Below, piece after piece: positions 48,896 to 59,718 of a stretch of DNA of 64,000 bases (position 1 is the first letter of the stretch; every line of letters starts with the position of its first letter). A model generated the notes under the pieces. That model was not told the DNA's origin and searched no databases. It saw nothing but the letters and a program-made list of their open reading frames with translations. The position numbers and the translations under genes are program-made. Source of the stretch: an uncultured Saprospiraceae bacterium (lineage in GTDB: Bacteria; Bacteroidota; Bacteroidia; Chitinophagales; Saprospiraceae); the NCBI GenBank assembly GCA_964389475.1, contig CAYMFD010000001.1, positions 52,942 through 116,941 on the forward strand, written 5' to 3'.

Positions 48896-51800
48896 GTGAT
48901 CCATATGCGCATGATCAAGCGATGTTTTTATTTAGCGATGTTTTTGGCAGTAGCTCTCTCGGGGTACAGCCAGAGTGATGCCATCACTGTAGCTGGTGTC
49001 ATACTTGATCAAGAGAGCGGTTCGCCACTCATCGGTGCAGGTATAGAAGAGGTAGGTACTAGCAATGGTACGATCACAGACATCGATGGTAGTTTTGAGA
49101 TGACGGTCGCCAGCGATGCGACGCTTAAGGTGTCGTACATCGGCTACAGTGACAAGGAGGTGACGAGTCTCGGACCGTCCATGACCATATATTTATCGTC
49201 AGATGCCGAGGTGCTAGAGGAGATCGTAGTTGTAGGTTACGGCTCACAGCGTAAGAGCGACCTCACGGGTGCTATCACGAGCATAGGTGCCAAGGAGCTC
49301 AAGCAAGTACCGGCCACTGGTCTGGAGCAGGCCCTACAGGGTAGGAGTGCCGGTGTATACATCACGCAGAATAGTGGTGCACCAGGTGGCGCTATGTCCG
49401 TACGTATCAGGGGGTCGGGTTCGACATTGAGCACAGAGCCACTATACGTCATAGACGGTATACCTATCACCAATGATAATGCAGGTACGTCAAACCTACG
49501 GGACGGACAGGGCCAGAATACCAATGCACTTACCACCATCAACCCCAACGATATAGAATCAATCGAAATACTCAAGGATGCCTCAGCTACAGCTATCTAT
49601 GGATCAAGAGCTGCCAATGGCGTAGTTATAATCACTACCAAAAAAGGTGTTGCTGGTAAGACCCAGGTCAACTACGATGTATTCGGTGGTGTGCAGCGCC
49701 TATATCGTGAGATACCGATGATGGACATGCGAGACTATGCAGCCTATCTCACGGATGTAGGTCTCGGTGATCTCGAAGAATTTGAGAATCCTGAGCTCCT
49801 AGGGCAGGGTACCGACTGGCAAGACGTCATCTTCAGGGATGCCTACATGCAGAACCATCAGCTGTCTTTCAGTGGAGGTACGGAGCAGACTAGGTTCTCC
49901 GCATCACTCGGGGCACATAATAAAGAAGGTATCGTGGAGGGCTCTAGTTTTCAGCGCTACTCCGCTAAGCTCAACCTCGACCAAAACATGGGTAAGTTCC
50001 GCTTCGGGATGAACCTCTTTGTCTCAAGGACTAGAGAAAATATCGTCTTTAACGACAACGACAAGGGTGTGATCTACACCGCTCTACTTACCCCACCGAT
50101 CGTCCCAGACAGGGCTCTCGATGGTACATTTGGGGTAGCGCCTAGTGGCGAAAATATCGTCTTGACCTTTGACAATCCACTGGCCAATGCCCTAGAGATT
50201 GAAGACGTAAATGCCAAGACACGTATCCTCGGTAGTATATATGGCGAGGTGGATCTAGCGCCTTGGCTTAAGTACAGAACAGAGCTATCGACGGACCTGC
50301 TATCCTCTAACCATGATAGGTTCGAGCCCGCATTTGACCGTGGTACCCTCAGCAAGCGGTCTAGAACCTCACGTAACCCAGGCAATACGACTTACTGGAT
50401 CAATAAGCACTTGCTGACGTATAACCAGACCTTCAACGATATCCACAGGATGACGATGCTAGCTGGTTTTGAGGCGCAGGAAGGCACCTATGACTGGTTG
50501 TTCGCTGTGAGAGAAAACCTCCCGACTAATAACCTATCTGCCCTAGTCTTAGGCGATGCCGCTACTCAGAATGTGACGGGCGGCGCAGGACACTGGGCCT
50601 TACTGTCTTACTTTGGTAGGGTCAACTACAACTACGATGAACGGTACCTCGTTACGGGTACTTTTAGAGCGGATGGTTCGTCTAGGTTCGGTCCCGAGAA
50701 TAGATACGGTTACTTCCCATCTGTGGCAGTGGCATGGAGATTATCTAATGAAGAGTTCATCAAAAACCTCGGCTCGATCTACAACCTCAAGCTACGTCTA
50801 GGCTACGGTGCCGTCGGTAACCAGGAGATAGGCCTCTACTCTTTCTTGCCTAGGCTAGCACCAGTAGACGTTGTCGTCGGCGATGTACGTACGACAGCAT
50901 TTGGCCCTGCCAATATTGCTAACCCTGGTGTCAAGTGGGAGAGCTCAGTACAGTCCAACTTAGGTCTGGATCTAGGCCTGTTTGACAATAGAGTAGAGAT
51001 CGTACTCGACCTGTACCGCAAGCTATCAACGGACATGCTCCTAGAGTCGATCGTGCCTGCTACAGCAGGTAGCCTGGCACCGCCATTCGTCAATATCGGT
51101 CGTATGGAGAACCGAGGATTTGAGTTGACCCTCACTACACAGAATAGCGTGGGAAAGGTAGACTGGAAGACATCGGCCAACTTATCGGTCAACCGTAATG
51201 AGGTGATTAACTTGGGGGATAACGGATTTATCGCCGGCGTGATCCAGGCGCAGCCCGTCACTCGTACCGAAGAGGGTAGACCTATAGGACAATACTTTGG
51301 CCACCAGGTTGCTGGGATATTTAGAAATAGCGAGGAGGTAGCCGAGAGTGCCTTTCAAGAGACGGGTACTAGAGCGGGAGATCTGAGGTTCGTTGACCTT
51401 AATGAGGATGGCGTGATCGATGATGCAGACCGTACGTTTATCGGTGACCCCAATCCTGATTTCACAGCCAATATTATCAACGACATACAAGTAGGTAACT
51501 GGGATATGTCGATATTTTTCAGATGCGTATATGGCAACGAAGTCTACAATATGCTCAAGAGAGATATAGCCGGTACAGGCGCATGGCACAACCAAGCACT
51601 TATCGTCAATAATAGATGGCAGCCAACCAACCCTGATGGTACTGAGCCACGAGCTACGGGTATCGACCCCAATGCCAATAGACGGGTATCTGATAGATTC
51701 GTAGAGGACGGTAGCTTCATACGACTACAGAATGTATCTATAGGCTACAACCTTCCTGCTAAGGCACTTAAGAAGCTCAATATCAGTACACTGAGACTAT

Positions 51801-51955
51801 ATGCTAGTGGTCAGAATTTATGGACCGTTACTGGATACTCTGGCTATGATCCAGAGATCGGATCGTTTAACCAAAATCCATTGATCAGTGGCGTAGATAA
51901 TGGTCGCTTCCCAATTGCAGCTTCCGTAACTTTCGGTGCTAATGTCAACTTTTAA
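48896..51955 (+). CDS. SusC/RagA-family TonB-dependent transporter (xylan-type PUL)
   Basis: 1019 aa. It has a signal peptide, a carboxypeptidase-regulatory-like domain, a plug domain (LQGRSAGVYITQNSG) and a C-terminal barrel ending in NVNF. Confidence 0.9.
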   Translation: MIHMRMIKRCFYLAMFLAVALSGYSQSDAITVAGVILDQESGSPLIGAGIEEVGTSNGTITDIDGSFEMTVASDATLKVSYIGYSDKEVTSLGPSMTIYLSSDAEVLEEIVVVGYGSQRKSDLTGAITSIGAKELKQVPATGLEQALQGRSAGVYITQNSGAPGGAMSVRIRGSGSTLSTEPLYVIDGIPITNDNAGTSNLRDGQGQNTNALTTINPNDIESIEILKDASATAIYGSRAANGVVIITTKKGVAGKTQVNYDVFGGVQRLYREIPMMDMRDYAAYLTDVGLGDLEEFENPELLGQGTDWQDVIFRDAYMQNHQLSFSGGTEQTRFSASLGAHNKEGIVEGSSFQRYSAKLNLDQNMGKFRFGMNLFVSRTRENIVFNDNDKGVIYTALLTPPIVPDRALDGTFGVAPSGENIVLTFDNPLANALEIEDVNAKTRILGSIYGEVDLAPWLKYRTELSTDLLSSNHDRFEPAFDRGTLSKRSRTSRNPGNTTYWINKHLLTYNQTFNDIHRMTMLAGFEAQEGTYDWLFAVRENLPTNNLSALVLGDAATQNVTGGAGHWALLSYFGRVNYNYDERYLVTGTFRADGSSRFGPENRYGYFPSVAVAWRLSNEEFIKNLGSIYNLKLRLGYGAVGNQEIGLYSFLPRLAPVDVVVGDVRTTAFGPANIANPGVKWESSVQSNLGLDLGLFDNRVEIVLDLYRKLSTDMLLESIVPATAGSLAPPFVNIGRMENRGFELTLTTQNSVGKVDWKTSANLSVNRNEVINLGDNGFIAGVIQAQPVTRTEEGRPIGQYFGHQVAGIFRNSEEVAESAFQETGTRAGDLRFVDLNEDGVIDDADRTFIGDPNPDFTANIINDIQVGNWDMSIFFRCVYGNEVYNMLKRDIAGTGAWHNQALIVNNRWQPTNPDGTEPRATGIDPNANRRVSDRFVEDGSFIRLQNVSIGYNLPAKALKKLNISTLRLYASGQNLWTVTGYSGYDPEIGSFNQNPLISGVDNGRFPIAASVTFGANVNF

Positions 51956-51965
51956 CGAAAGAGAA

Positions 51966-53450
51966 ATGATGACAAAAATGAAATACACAGTCCTCTCAAT
52001 AGGCATCTTGCTACTCGTAGGGTGTAGCGACTTTCTAGATCGACAACCACTCGATGAGATATCGACGACGACTTTCTATACCACGGCTGATGAGGCCGAG
52101 CTAGCAGCACGGTCCATGTATAGCGCCATCCAGGCGATTAACTGGAAGGGGAAGTCGTGGATGATCGAAGAAATCCCGTCAGACAATACGACACCAGGGG
52201 GTAACGATCCTGACTTCTCACCTATAGACAACTTTACAGTCAATGCCGACAACCCTGTCGTGCTCGAGTACTGGACAGAACACTACCGACTGGTAGCCTT
52301 AACGAACCAAGTACTTACCTACGTCCCGCCCATCATTATGGATGAGACGCAGCAGAACGCTATCTTAGGAGAGGCTGCTTTTCTGAGAGCCTATGCCTAC
52401 TTTGACTTAGTACGAATCTTCGGCGAGGTGCCAATCGTGACAGAGGTACCATCGATCGACCTTGACCTTAATGTAAGCCGGGCAAGTGTTGATGACGTTT
52501 ATGACTATATAGTCAGTGACCTTGAAGATGCAATAGCGATGCTACCTGCTACTAGGTCATCTTCTGATAATGGGCGAGCCACCAGCCATGCTGCACGGGC
52601 CCTACTAGCTAAGGTCTTCGTCACCATCGGTCGATACGAGGAGAGCATGGAGCTCTGTAGAGAGGTCATTAACTCTGGTAACTATAGACTAGAGCCTGAC
52701 TTCGCTGATAACTGGCTACGAGATAGGAGTGATAATAATATAGAGTCCGTCTGGCAAATACAGTACGTCGGTTGCGGACCAGGTAATACAGGCAATGCCC
52801 TACAAGCCTTCTTCGCACCATGGGGACAGGCACTTACAGGCAATACCGATGGCTGGGGATCTCAGATACCTACCGCGCCTTCTATCGATAATCCAACGAC
52901 AACCATACAGGACGTCTACTCTAGCGACGACTTACGAAGATACCATACCATCATGACGGCCGGAGATTACTATCCAATGGTCAATGCGGATAAGGGAGGC
53001 TATACTTACCCTGCCGCTGGTGCCTCGAGAGGCCAGACCAACATCAAGAAATATGTGATCGGTGCAGGTGCCGATGTCTGCTTTATGAGTACGCCACAGA
53101 ACCAGCATGCCATCAGATATGCCGATGTGCTACTTACACTTGCAGAAGCTTCTTGTCGATTTAGCGGAGGTATTACCGTTACGCCAGATGTATTAGAGGC
53201 CTTTAATGCAGTACGACTACGTGCAGGCCTTGAGACGGCAAGCAATGTGACGATCGATATGGTATTCGATGAGCGACGAGCAGAATTCGCCTTCGAAAAC
53301 CAACGCTGGTTTGACCTACTTCGTACGGGCAATGTCAAGGAGATCATGCAGGTACACGGTAAGCAGTTCCAGGATCACAGCGTCCTCTTCCCGATACCAG
53401 CTGCTGAGATCGATGTCAATCCTAACCTTACTCAGAACCCAGGATACTAG
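51966..53450 (+). CDS. SusD/RagB-family lipoprotein
   Basis: Lipoprotein signal LLLVGCSDF and an internal TPR-like SusD fold. It lies immediately downstream of the SusC gene. Confidence 0.85.
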   Translation: MMTKMKYTVLSIGILLLVGCSDFLDRQPLDEISTTTFYTTADEAELAARSMYSAIQAINWKGKSWMIEEIPSDNTTPGGNDPDFSPIDNFTVNADNPVVLEYWTEHYRLVALTNQVLTYVPPIIMDETQQNAILGEAAFLRAYAYFDLVRIFGEVPIVTEVPSIDLDLNVSRASVDDVYDYIVSDLEDAIAMLPATRSSSDNGRATSHAARALLAKVFVTIGRYEESMELCREVINSGNYRLEPDFADNWLRDRSDNNIESVWQIQYVGCGPGNTGNALQAFFAPWGQALTGNTDGWGSQIPTAPSIDNPTTTIQDVYSSDDLRRYHTIMTAGDYYPMVNADKGGYTYPAAGASRGQTNIKKYVIGAGADVCFMSTPQNQHAIRYADVLLTLAEASCRFSGGITVTPDVLEAFNAVRLRAGLETASNVTIDMVFDERRAEFAFENQRWFDLLRTGNVKEIMQVHGKQFQDHSVLFPIPAAEIDVNPNLTQNPGY

Positions 53451-53456
53451 ATCGAT

Positions 53457-54560
53457 ATGCAGATAAGTAGAAAAATATACTTCCTCTTTGCGACTGTCGC
53501 CCTCTTGGGGATAGGCTGTAATCAGGAGGATGCCCCAGTGGTAGATGTGTTTGAGCCGGCATTTGGGCCCGCGGAGACACTCATCACCGTGCAGGGTGAT
53601 AACTTCGTCGACCTTATGGCTATACAGTTTGATGAAGGAGTCGATGCAGACTTTAATCCATCGTTTGGTAAAGAAGATGCCCTACTTTTTAGGGTGCCTG
53701 AGGGTGCCGTTGTGGGTGATAATATGATTACGATTACCTCAGAGCATGGAGAGACGTCCTTTCCATTTAGAGTCACCCTCGATGCGCCATCGGTCTTTGA
53801 CTTTAATCCTAAGTCAGCTAACGAAGGGGGACTTGTATCTATTACGGGTAAGAATTTTTTCGAGCCACTAGAAGTATTGTTCTTTGATTCTATACCAGGG
53901 GAGATCGTCTACAGGCAGGAGGATTCTCTAGTGGTAGAGGTGCCAGCAGGCGTAGAGCGAGGCCGTATTGTGGTCCGTGCCAATGGTGGTCGATCCATCA
54001 CACCCGAGTTATTCTTCTCTACGGAGGAATTGCTTGTCAATGACTTTGATGGTAATGGGGTAAGATCTGAGACTGATAAGTGGCTGTTTTACGGCGGTAT
54101 CGAGCAGAATGCTACCAATGCTGTCACGGCTACCGCTCCCGAGGCGATCGATGGTAATTTCCTAAAGCTGTCGGGCTTTGATACCGGTGGCATCTGGGTA
54201 GGTGGTACTGAGAGTCACTCCTTTGATATCCAGGAGTTCGATGTTTTCGATATCTCTACCGATGTCAATGGCACCTTCGTAGAGCTCGATGTCAATAATG
54301 GTGGCCAGGGAGATACGCATCTCATCATCGTACTAGCAGAACGCAATGGGTCCTTCAATGACTTTTCGGAGACCGTTGCCATCGACTGGGATGGCTGGGA
54401 GAGTGTCCGTATTCCGCTCAACAGATTTTCTGATATCACAGGTGCTACACCTGATCCCCAAAAAATAAGAACCGTGAAGTTACACCTCTACAATGAGCTA
54501 AATTCTAGCCAAAAAATGGAGGCCAATGTTGACAATTTAAAATTTATTCAAATCCTGTAA
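53457..54560 (+). CDS. PUL-associated surface lipoprotein with IPT/TIG-like domains
   Basis: Lipoprotein signal (LLGIGCNQ). It has two IPT-like beta-sandwich segments (ITVQGDNF, SITGKNF) and a C-terminal CBM-like domain. It sits in the SusE position. Confidence 0.55.
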   Translation: MQISRKIYFLFATVALLGIGCNQEDAPVVDVFEPAFGPAETLITVQGDNFVDLMAIQFDEGVDADFNPSFGKEDALLFRVPEGAVVGDNMITITSEHGETSFPFRVTLDAPSVFDFNPKSANEGGLVSITGKNFFEPLEVLFFDSIPGEIVYRQEDSLVVEVPAGVERGRIVVRANGGRSITPELFFSTEELLVNDFDGNGVRSETDKWLFYGGIEQNATNAVTATAPEAIDGNFLKLSGFDTGGIWVGGTESHSFDIQEFDVFDISTDVNGTFVELDVNNGGQGDTHLIIVLAERNGSFNDFSETVAIDWDGWESVRIPLNRFSDITGATPDPQKIRTVKLHLYNELNSSQKMEANVDNLKFIQIL

Positions 54561-54570
54561 ATAAGTAGTT

Positions 54571-57528
54571 ATGAAGAAAATTTACGCATTTCTGTTTTTC
54601 TTGACGCTTGTGGCTCCGCTCATCGGGCAAGTGTACATCGACAATTTTGACGATGGTATGGAGTTTAATGTAGTCTTGGGCAATGGATACTCCAGCTCAG
54701 AGGCCGATGGCGAGTGGACGATCACAGGTGACGGTACGACTGGCGCCTTTGAGGTTTTCACACTGACACCTAATAATCCTGACGGCTCACCTCTAACGAT
54801 CGACATATCAGAAAACAATAAGGTATTCGTTCGGGCTAAAGCAAGTAACCTAGGTACGCAACTGCGACTAGATGTAAGAGATGCTGATGGTAATGCTAGT
54901 ACGCTAGCAGGCCTCACTAGGACGTTGATCAGCGACTATACCACATTTGAGTTTGACTTCACTGGCGTGCTCAACGATGGTGGCTTCGGTGGTACAGGTT
55001 GTGATCCTGCTGATGCGCCATGCCCTGTAGATCCTACGCGGATCACGGAGTTTAACTTTTACGTCAATCCTGGCCAAGGTGGCTTCGGAGGAGCGATCGT
55101 CATGGACTTTTTATCTGTAGGTACGGCGCCAGATGAGACGCCAGTATCTGACGTATGGCAAGACCACTTCGACGATGAGGTGGCGCTTAACTATATGGGC
55201 AGTGCCGGTCCAGGCTTAGCCAATAGTATATCTAACTCCAACTGGGTAATTACTGGTGATGGTACAGGTGATCTGTTCGAGCCTGTCAGTATGTTGTTCT
55301 ATAACCCAGTTACTCTAGATACTATCGATGTTCCGGTCTCGGGCAATGATAAAGTATACATAAGAATGCGTACTAGTACAGCTGGTACGACAGTCCGTCT
55401 AGACCTCCAGGATATCAACGATATGGCAACTACTGGTGCGAGTATTACCAAGCCTATCACTGATGAGTGGGCAACATATGAGTACAACTTCGCTGGAGGA
55501 TACTCTGACCTAGGTTTCGGTGGTACAGGATGTTCGTCTGACCAGGCACCCTGCCCAGTAGATGCTGATCGCATTGCCAACATGATCATCTTTGTTAATC
55601 CAGGTGCAGGTGCATTCGTAGGTGAGGTAGAGATCGACTATATCTCTATCGGCAAGGCCCTAGAGATCAATGCTAATCCTGACGGCGTGCTTGTCTACGG
55701 TGAGCACTTTAGTGAGGGCGAGAGCTACGTAGGTACGACGGGAGCATTCACACTATCAGTAGATGACTCAAATCTTAAGATTACAGGAGAAGGACAAGCA
55801 ACGCCATTCTCAGCAGTAGCGTACAGCATCCACGATATGGATACGGGCGAGGGTAGTGTTGTTGATGCGACTGGTAACAATAAGGTATTCATCAGAGCTA
55901 AGTCTGATGCTCCTAATACACTACTACGTGTAGACCTAGTAGATAGTACTGGTCTGACTACTTCACAAGCGTCTATTACTAGATTGGTTAGTGATGAGTT
56001 TACGATTATCGAACTAGATTTTGCAGGTCAGTATTTTGATGGTGGCTTCGGTGGTACGCCATGTGATGGTGCCGATGCGCCATGCCCTGTAGATCCTACA
56101 GCGATCAGCACGGTACTACTATACCCCAATGCTGTTGATGGTGGCTTTGATGGCTGTCTAGAGGTGGACTTCATATCATTCGGTGCTCCTATGGGCGAAG
56201 ACGTACAGCAGTATGTCGATGAGTTTGATAATGATAACAGAGACCAGTGGAGTGACGCTGGCGGATTTACTGTGACTGAGGCAGAAGGCGAGCTAGTGAT
56301 AGCTGGTGACGGCACGAGTGGTGCTTTTACTTCGTTTAACTATACCCTTCACAATACAGAAGACCTCACACCACTTACAGTAGACGTCACGTCGAACAAC
56401 AAGGTGTATGTAAGAGCTAAGTCAACCTTAGCGGGTGTGCCACTGCGTATAGACCTAGTCGATGAGGGTGGCTTCGCGACTACAGAGCCAGCCACAGTAG
56501 CTATGGTAGGCACAGAGTACGAGGTGCTAGAGTTTGACTTTACGGGCACTTACATGGACGGTGGCTACGGTGGTACTGCTTGTAACGCTGGACCTTGCCC
56601 GGTAGACGGGTCTACAATACAGAACATGCTGGTCTACATCGATCCTAATAATGGCGGATACGGTGATACATTGACGATTGATTGGATATCGACTATTCGT
56701 CCACTAGAGGATGATCCCGTTGATGCGGGTCCCGTCGGTATTGATGACTATGCGGATGAGATGAATGACAACTCTCTAGACTTTATTTCTGATAATGGTG
56801 GACTAGCTACTGTAGCAGAAGATGGTCAACTTAAGGTCATTGGTGATGGTACTTCTGGTGCATTTTCACCAGTACTTTACCAGCTGCACGACGGTGCTGA
56901 CTCTGTGCGGGTTAATGGCGAGTCTAATGATAACAAGGTCTTTATAAGAGCTAGATCTACTGTCGATGGACTTCCCGTCAGAATCGATGTTCAGGATAAT
57001 CTCGGATTCGTGACTTCACTAGCAGGGCTGACCCAGTCCTTGACGACGGACTTCGTTATATATGAGTTTGACTACACGGGCAACTACTCAGACGGAGGTT
57101 TCGGTGGATCTCCGTGTAATGCTGGGCCATGTCCCGTTGATGCACAGCGACTAGAGCAGGTGCAGATTTTCATTGATCCAGGCGTAGGTTCGTTCTCGGG
57201 CGAGATGCATATCGACTGGATATCATTCGGTACGCCGATCACTACAGTTGATGTAGTCGATCATACCGTACTACAGGGAGCCAAGGTATTCCCTAATCCT
57301 GCAGATGACGTAGTGACGATCGAGCTCAATGCGGAGGTGCAGAGTATGGGTACTCTATCTATCATAGACATATCTGGTGCTACGATGCAACGGATAGACC
57401 TAGGTAGCATCCAGCCTGGTCCATTCCAGCACAAGGTGGATGTATCTGACCTTAACACTGGCTTCTACCTAATACAAGTACAGATGGATAAGCGTCCAGC
57501 ATTCACAAGCAAATTAATTATAAGATAA
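54571..57528 (+). CDS. 985-aa secreted protein built from five tandem ~170-aa CBM-like repeats plus a C-terminal T9SS sorting domain
   Basis: The five repeats each carry GDGT(T/S)GAF, NNKV(F/Y)(V/I)RA(K/R), LD(V/L)xD, and (F/Y)GG(T/S)xC...APCPVD followed by (D/E)(F/W)(I/L)S(V/I/F)G. The C-terminal domain (FPNPADDVVTIEL...GFYLIQVQ...KLIIR) is a T9SS CTD. Confidence 0.6.
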   Translation: MKKIYAFLFFLTLVAPLIGQVYIDNFDDGMEFNVVLGNGYSSSEADGEWTITGDGTTGAFEVFTLTPNNPDGSPLTIDISENNKVFVRAKASNLGTQLRLDVRDADGNASTLAGLTRTLISDYTTFEFDFTGVLNDGGFGGTGCDPADAPCPVDPTRITEFNFYVNPGQGGFGGAIVMDFLSVGTAPDETPVSDVWQDHFDDEVALNYMGSAGPGLANSISNSNWVITGDGTGDLFEPVSMLFYNPVTLDTIDVPVSGNDKVYIRMRTSTAGTTVRLDLQDINDMATTGASITKPITDEWATYEYNFAGGYSDLGFGGTGCSSDQAPCPVDADRIANMIIFVNPGAGAFVGEVEIDYISIGKALEINANPDGVLVYGEHFSEGESYVGTTGAFTLSVDDSNLKITGEGQATPFSAVAYSIHDMDTGEGSVVDATGNNKVFIRAKSDAPNTLLRVDLVDSTGLTTSQASITRLVSDEFTIIELDFAGQYFDGGFGGTPCDGADAPCPVDPTAISTVLLYPNAVDGGFDGCLEVDFISFGAPMGEDVQQYVDEFDNDNRDQWSDAGGFTVTEAEGELVIAGDGTSGAFTSFNYTLHNTEDLTPLTVDVTSNNKVYVRAKSTLAGVPLRIDLVDEGGFATTEPATVAMVGTEYEVLEFDFTGTYMDGGYGGTACNAGPCPVDGSTIQNMLVYIDPNNGGYGDTLTIDWISTIRPLEDDPVDAGPVGIDDYADEMNDNSLDFISDNGGLATVAEDGQLKVIGDGTSGAFSPVLYQLHDGADSVRVNGESNDNKVFIRARSTVDGLPVRIDVQDNLGFVTSLAGLTQSLTTDFVIYEFDYTGNYSDGGFGGSPCNAGPCPVDAQRLEQVQIFIDPGVGSFSGEMHIDWISFGTPITTVDVVDHTVLQGAKVFPNPADDVVTIELNAEVQSMGTLSIIDISGATMQRIDLGSIQPGPFQHKVDVSDLNTGFYLIQVQMDKRPAFTSKLIIR

Positions 57529-57585
57529 ATTAAGTAGACTAGGAGTGGCTATTACAGACATAGCCACTCCTACTCATACCAGGTC

Positions 57586-59709
57586 ATGATAGCTAGACTT
57601 CTTGCCATACTATTATTGCCGGGGTTACTGGTCAGCCAAGACGCTTACCACCAGAGCCTCCTGCAAAACCTCGAAGTCAACTACGACCTAGTCGGTGGCA
57701 ACTTTCTGTTTACACCTGACGAGACGGTCGTACTATCCAGCTTTTCAAGCTACGGAGCTCTCAATGCGACTACCGTGTCCGAGACCGCGATGGACTTTGC
57801 ACTAGCGCAGCGGATCGAGGTTACGACTACGGGTAATAATGCGTGGGATGCGGGTGCCAGCATAGGCACGACGTCCACCATATCGGAGGGTGATCTGATT
57901 TTACTGACCTTCTGGGCTAGGCATGACTCGCCGACCTCGCAAGTGTTTGTATTCGCTGAGGAGGCGACTATTTATGACAAGGAGTTTTATTTCCCGCTGA
58001 GTTTCAGTCCTGACTGGACCCAGTATTTTGTGGCATTTCGCAGCTCTGCCGACTACGGAGAGGGCCAGTTACGATCCGGCTTTCACCTAGCATCGGCCTT
58101 GCAAGATGTGTACATCGCCGGCTTTAATGCCATAAATTATGGCGATGCTTATAGTATCGAAGACCTGCCATCTACGTTCTCACCATTTGATTACGACGGT
58201 AGGTCACTAGATGCACCGTGGCGAGAGACTGCAGCGCATAGGATAGACCGCCTGAGGATGGCCGACCTTACGATCCAAGTAGTCGACGCTGATGGTACAC
58301 CGCTACCTGATGCAGAGATACAGGTCGAGATGCAGCAGCACGACTTTGGCTTTGGTACAGCAGTAGTGTCTTGCCGATTCCCTGGTAATAACTGCTACGA
58401 CGAGACCTACGTCAATAAAATGCTCGACCTCGATGGCCGTGGCCATGGGTTTAATCATGCGGTTACAGAAAATGCCGTCAAGTGGCGAACCTGGGAGCAG
58501 GGCTGGCTAGGTCCACCTGAGGACGCAGTACGTGCATTTGAGTGGTTGACAGACCGCGGCGTCACGATGCGAGGACATACCCTCATATGGCCTGGCGAAC
58601 AATGGCTACCAGATGACATCAACGATAACTTAGATGACCTCGACTACCTGCGGACTCGTATCGATGCCCGCATAGCCGAGATGATCGACCACCCCGAGCT
58701 CAAGACCTACGTCAGAGACTGGGATGTACTTAACGAGATTACGACCAATAGGACACTGGAGTCTGCCTTTGATGCCGATGCCATGTTTACCAATGGTCGC
58801 AAGATTTACAACGAGATATGTAACAAGGTGAGAGCCATAGATCCGGACCTTGCTATTTATATTAATGACTATGTGGCGATCTCATCTGGCTCGGCTAACC
58901 TAGTAGCTCGCTACAAGACTTTTTTGGACGAGTTAGTAGCTGATGAGGTCCCCTTTGATGGTATTGGGTTTCAGTGTCATATAGGCTCTATACCCAACGG
59001 CATACCGCAGGTGGAGCAGACCTTTAACGAGTTTTATCAGCGCTATGGCAAGCGTATGAAGGTCACCGAGTATGACATCAATAGCCAGGTCGACGAGCAG
59101 ACACAGGCCGACTATATGCGAGACCTGCTGACCCTGACGTTTAGCCATCCCGGCATGGATGCCTTCTTGATGTGGGGATTCTGGGACGGTAATCACTGGA
59201 AGGACAATGCGCCTATGTTTTACCAAGACTGGACCCTCAAGCCATCTGGTGAGGTGTTTATCCAGAAAGTATTCGACGAGTGGTGGACCAGCGAAGAGAC
59301 CATCGCTGATCAGGGTGGTAAGGCCACCCTACGAGTATTCAAGGGAGATCACCAGGTGACTGTCCGCCATGGCAATGAGGTCATAGCTATAGATGTCAAC
59401 GTACGTACAGATGATACCCTGACCGTACAGCTAGGCGGCACCGTTGATACGACCGTAGACCAGCTAGACGACGATGATATAGAGATACTGCCCAATCCTG
59501 TGTCAGGAGGTAGTGCTACGATCCGATTTCCAGAGCAGTATGCTTCATTTGATATGAGGCTGCTAGACACAGCTGGTCGCACCATCTGTACCTACGAGGC
59601 CGTAGAGAGTGGCGATCAGATAGATATCGATGTACCCTCAGGTACCTACGTTATGATAGGTCAGCGTGGTGGACATCTCTTTTTTTCCAAAAGCATAATG
59701 ATACCGTAA
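57586..59709 (+). CDS. GH10 endo-1,4-beta-xylanase with an N-terminal CBM-like domain and a C-terminal T9SS sorting domain
   Basis: It has the GH10 acid/base motif WDVLNEI, the nucleophile motif ITEYDI, and GIGFQCHIG. The C-terminal ~75 aa (ILPNPVSGGSATIRF...GTYVMIG) matches the T9SS CTD. Confidence 0.8.
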   Translation: MIARLLAILLLPGLLVSQDAYHQSLLQNLEVNYDLVGGNFLFTPDETVVLSSFSSYGALNATTVSETAMDFALAQRIEVTTTGNNAWDAGASIGTTSTISEGDLILLTFWARHDSPTSQVFVFAEEATIYDKEFYFPLSFSPDWTQYFVAFRSSADYGEGQLRSGFHLASALQDVYIAGFNAINYGDAYSIEDLPSTFSPFDYDGRSLDAPWRETAAHRIDRLRMADLTIQVVDADGTPLPDAEIQVEMQQHDFGFGTAVVSCRFPGNNCYDETYVNKMLDLDGRGHGFNHAVTENAVKWRTWEQGWLGPPEDAVRAFEWLTDRGVTMRGHTLIWPGEQWLPDDINDNLDDLDYLRTRIDARIAEMIDHPELKTYVRDWDVLNEITTNRTLESAFDADAMFTNGRKIYNEICNKVRAIDPDLAIYINDYVAISSGSANLVARYKTFLDELVADEVPFDGIGFQCHIGSIPNGIPQVEQTFNEFYQRYGKRMKVTEYDINSQVDEQTQADYMRDLLTLTFSHPGMDAFLMWGFWDGNHWKDNAPMFYQDWTLKPSGEVFIQKVFDEWWTSEETIADQGGKATLRVFKGDHQVTVRHGNEVIAIDVNVRTDDTLTVQLGGTVDTTVDQLDDDDIEILPNPVSGGSATIRFPEQYASFDMRLLDTAGRTICTYEAVESGDQIDIDVPSGTYVMIGQRGGHLFFSKSIMIP

Positions 59710-59718
59710 TAGACTCCC

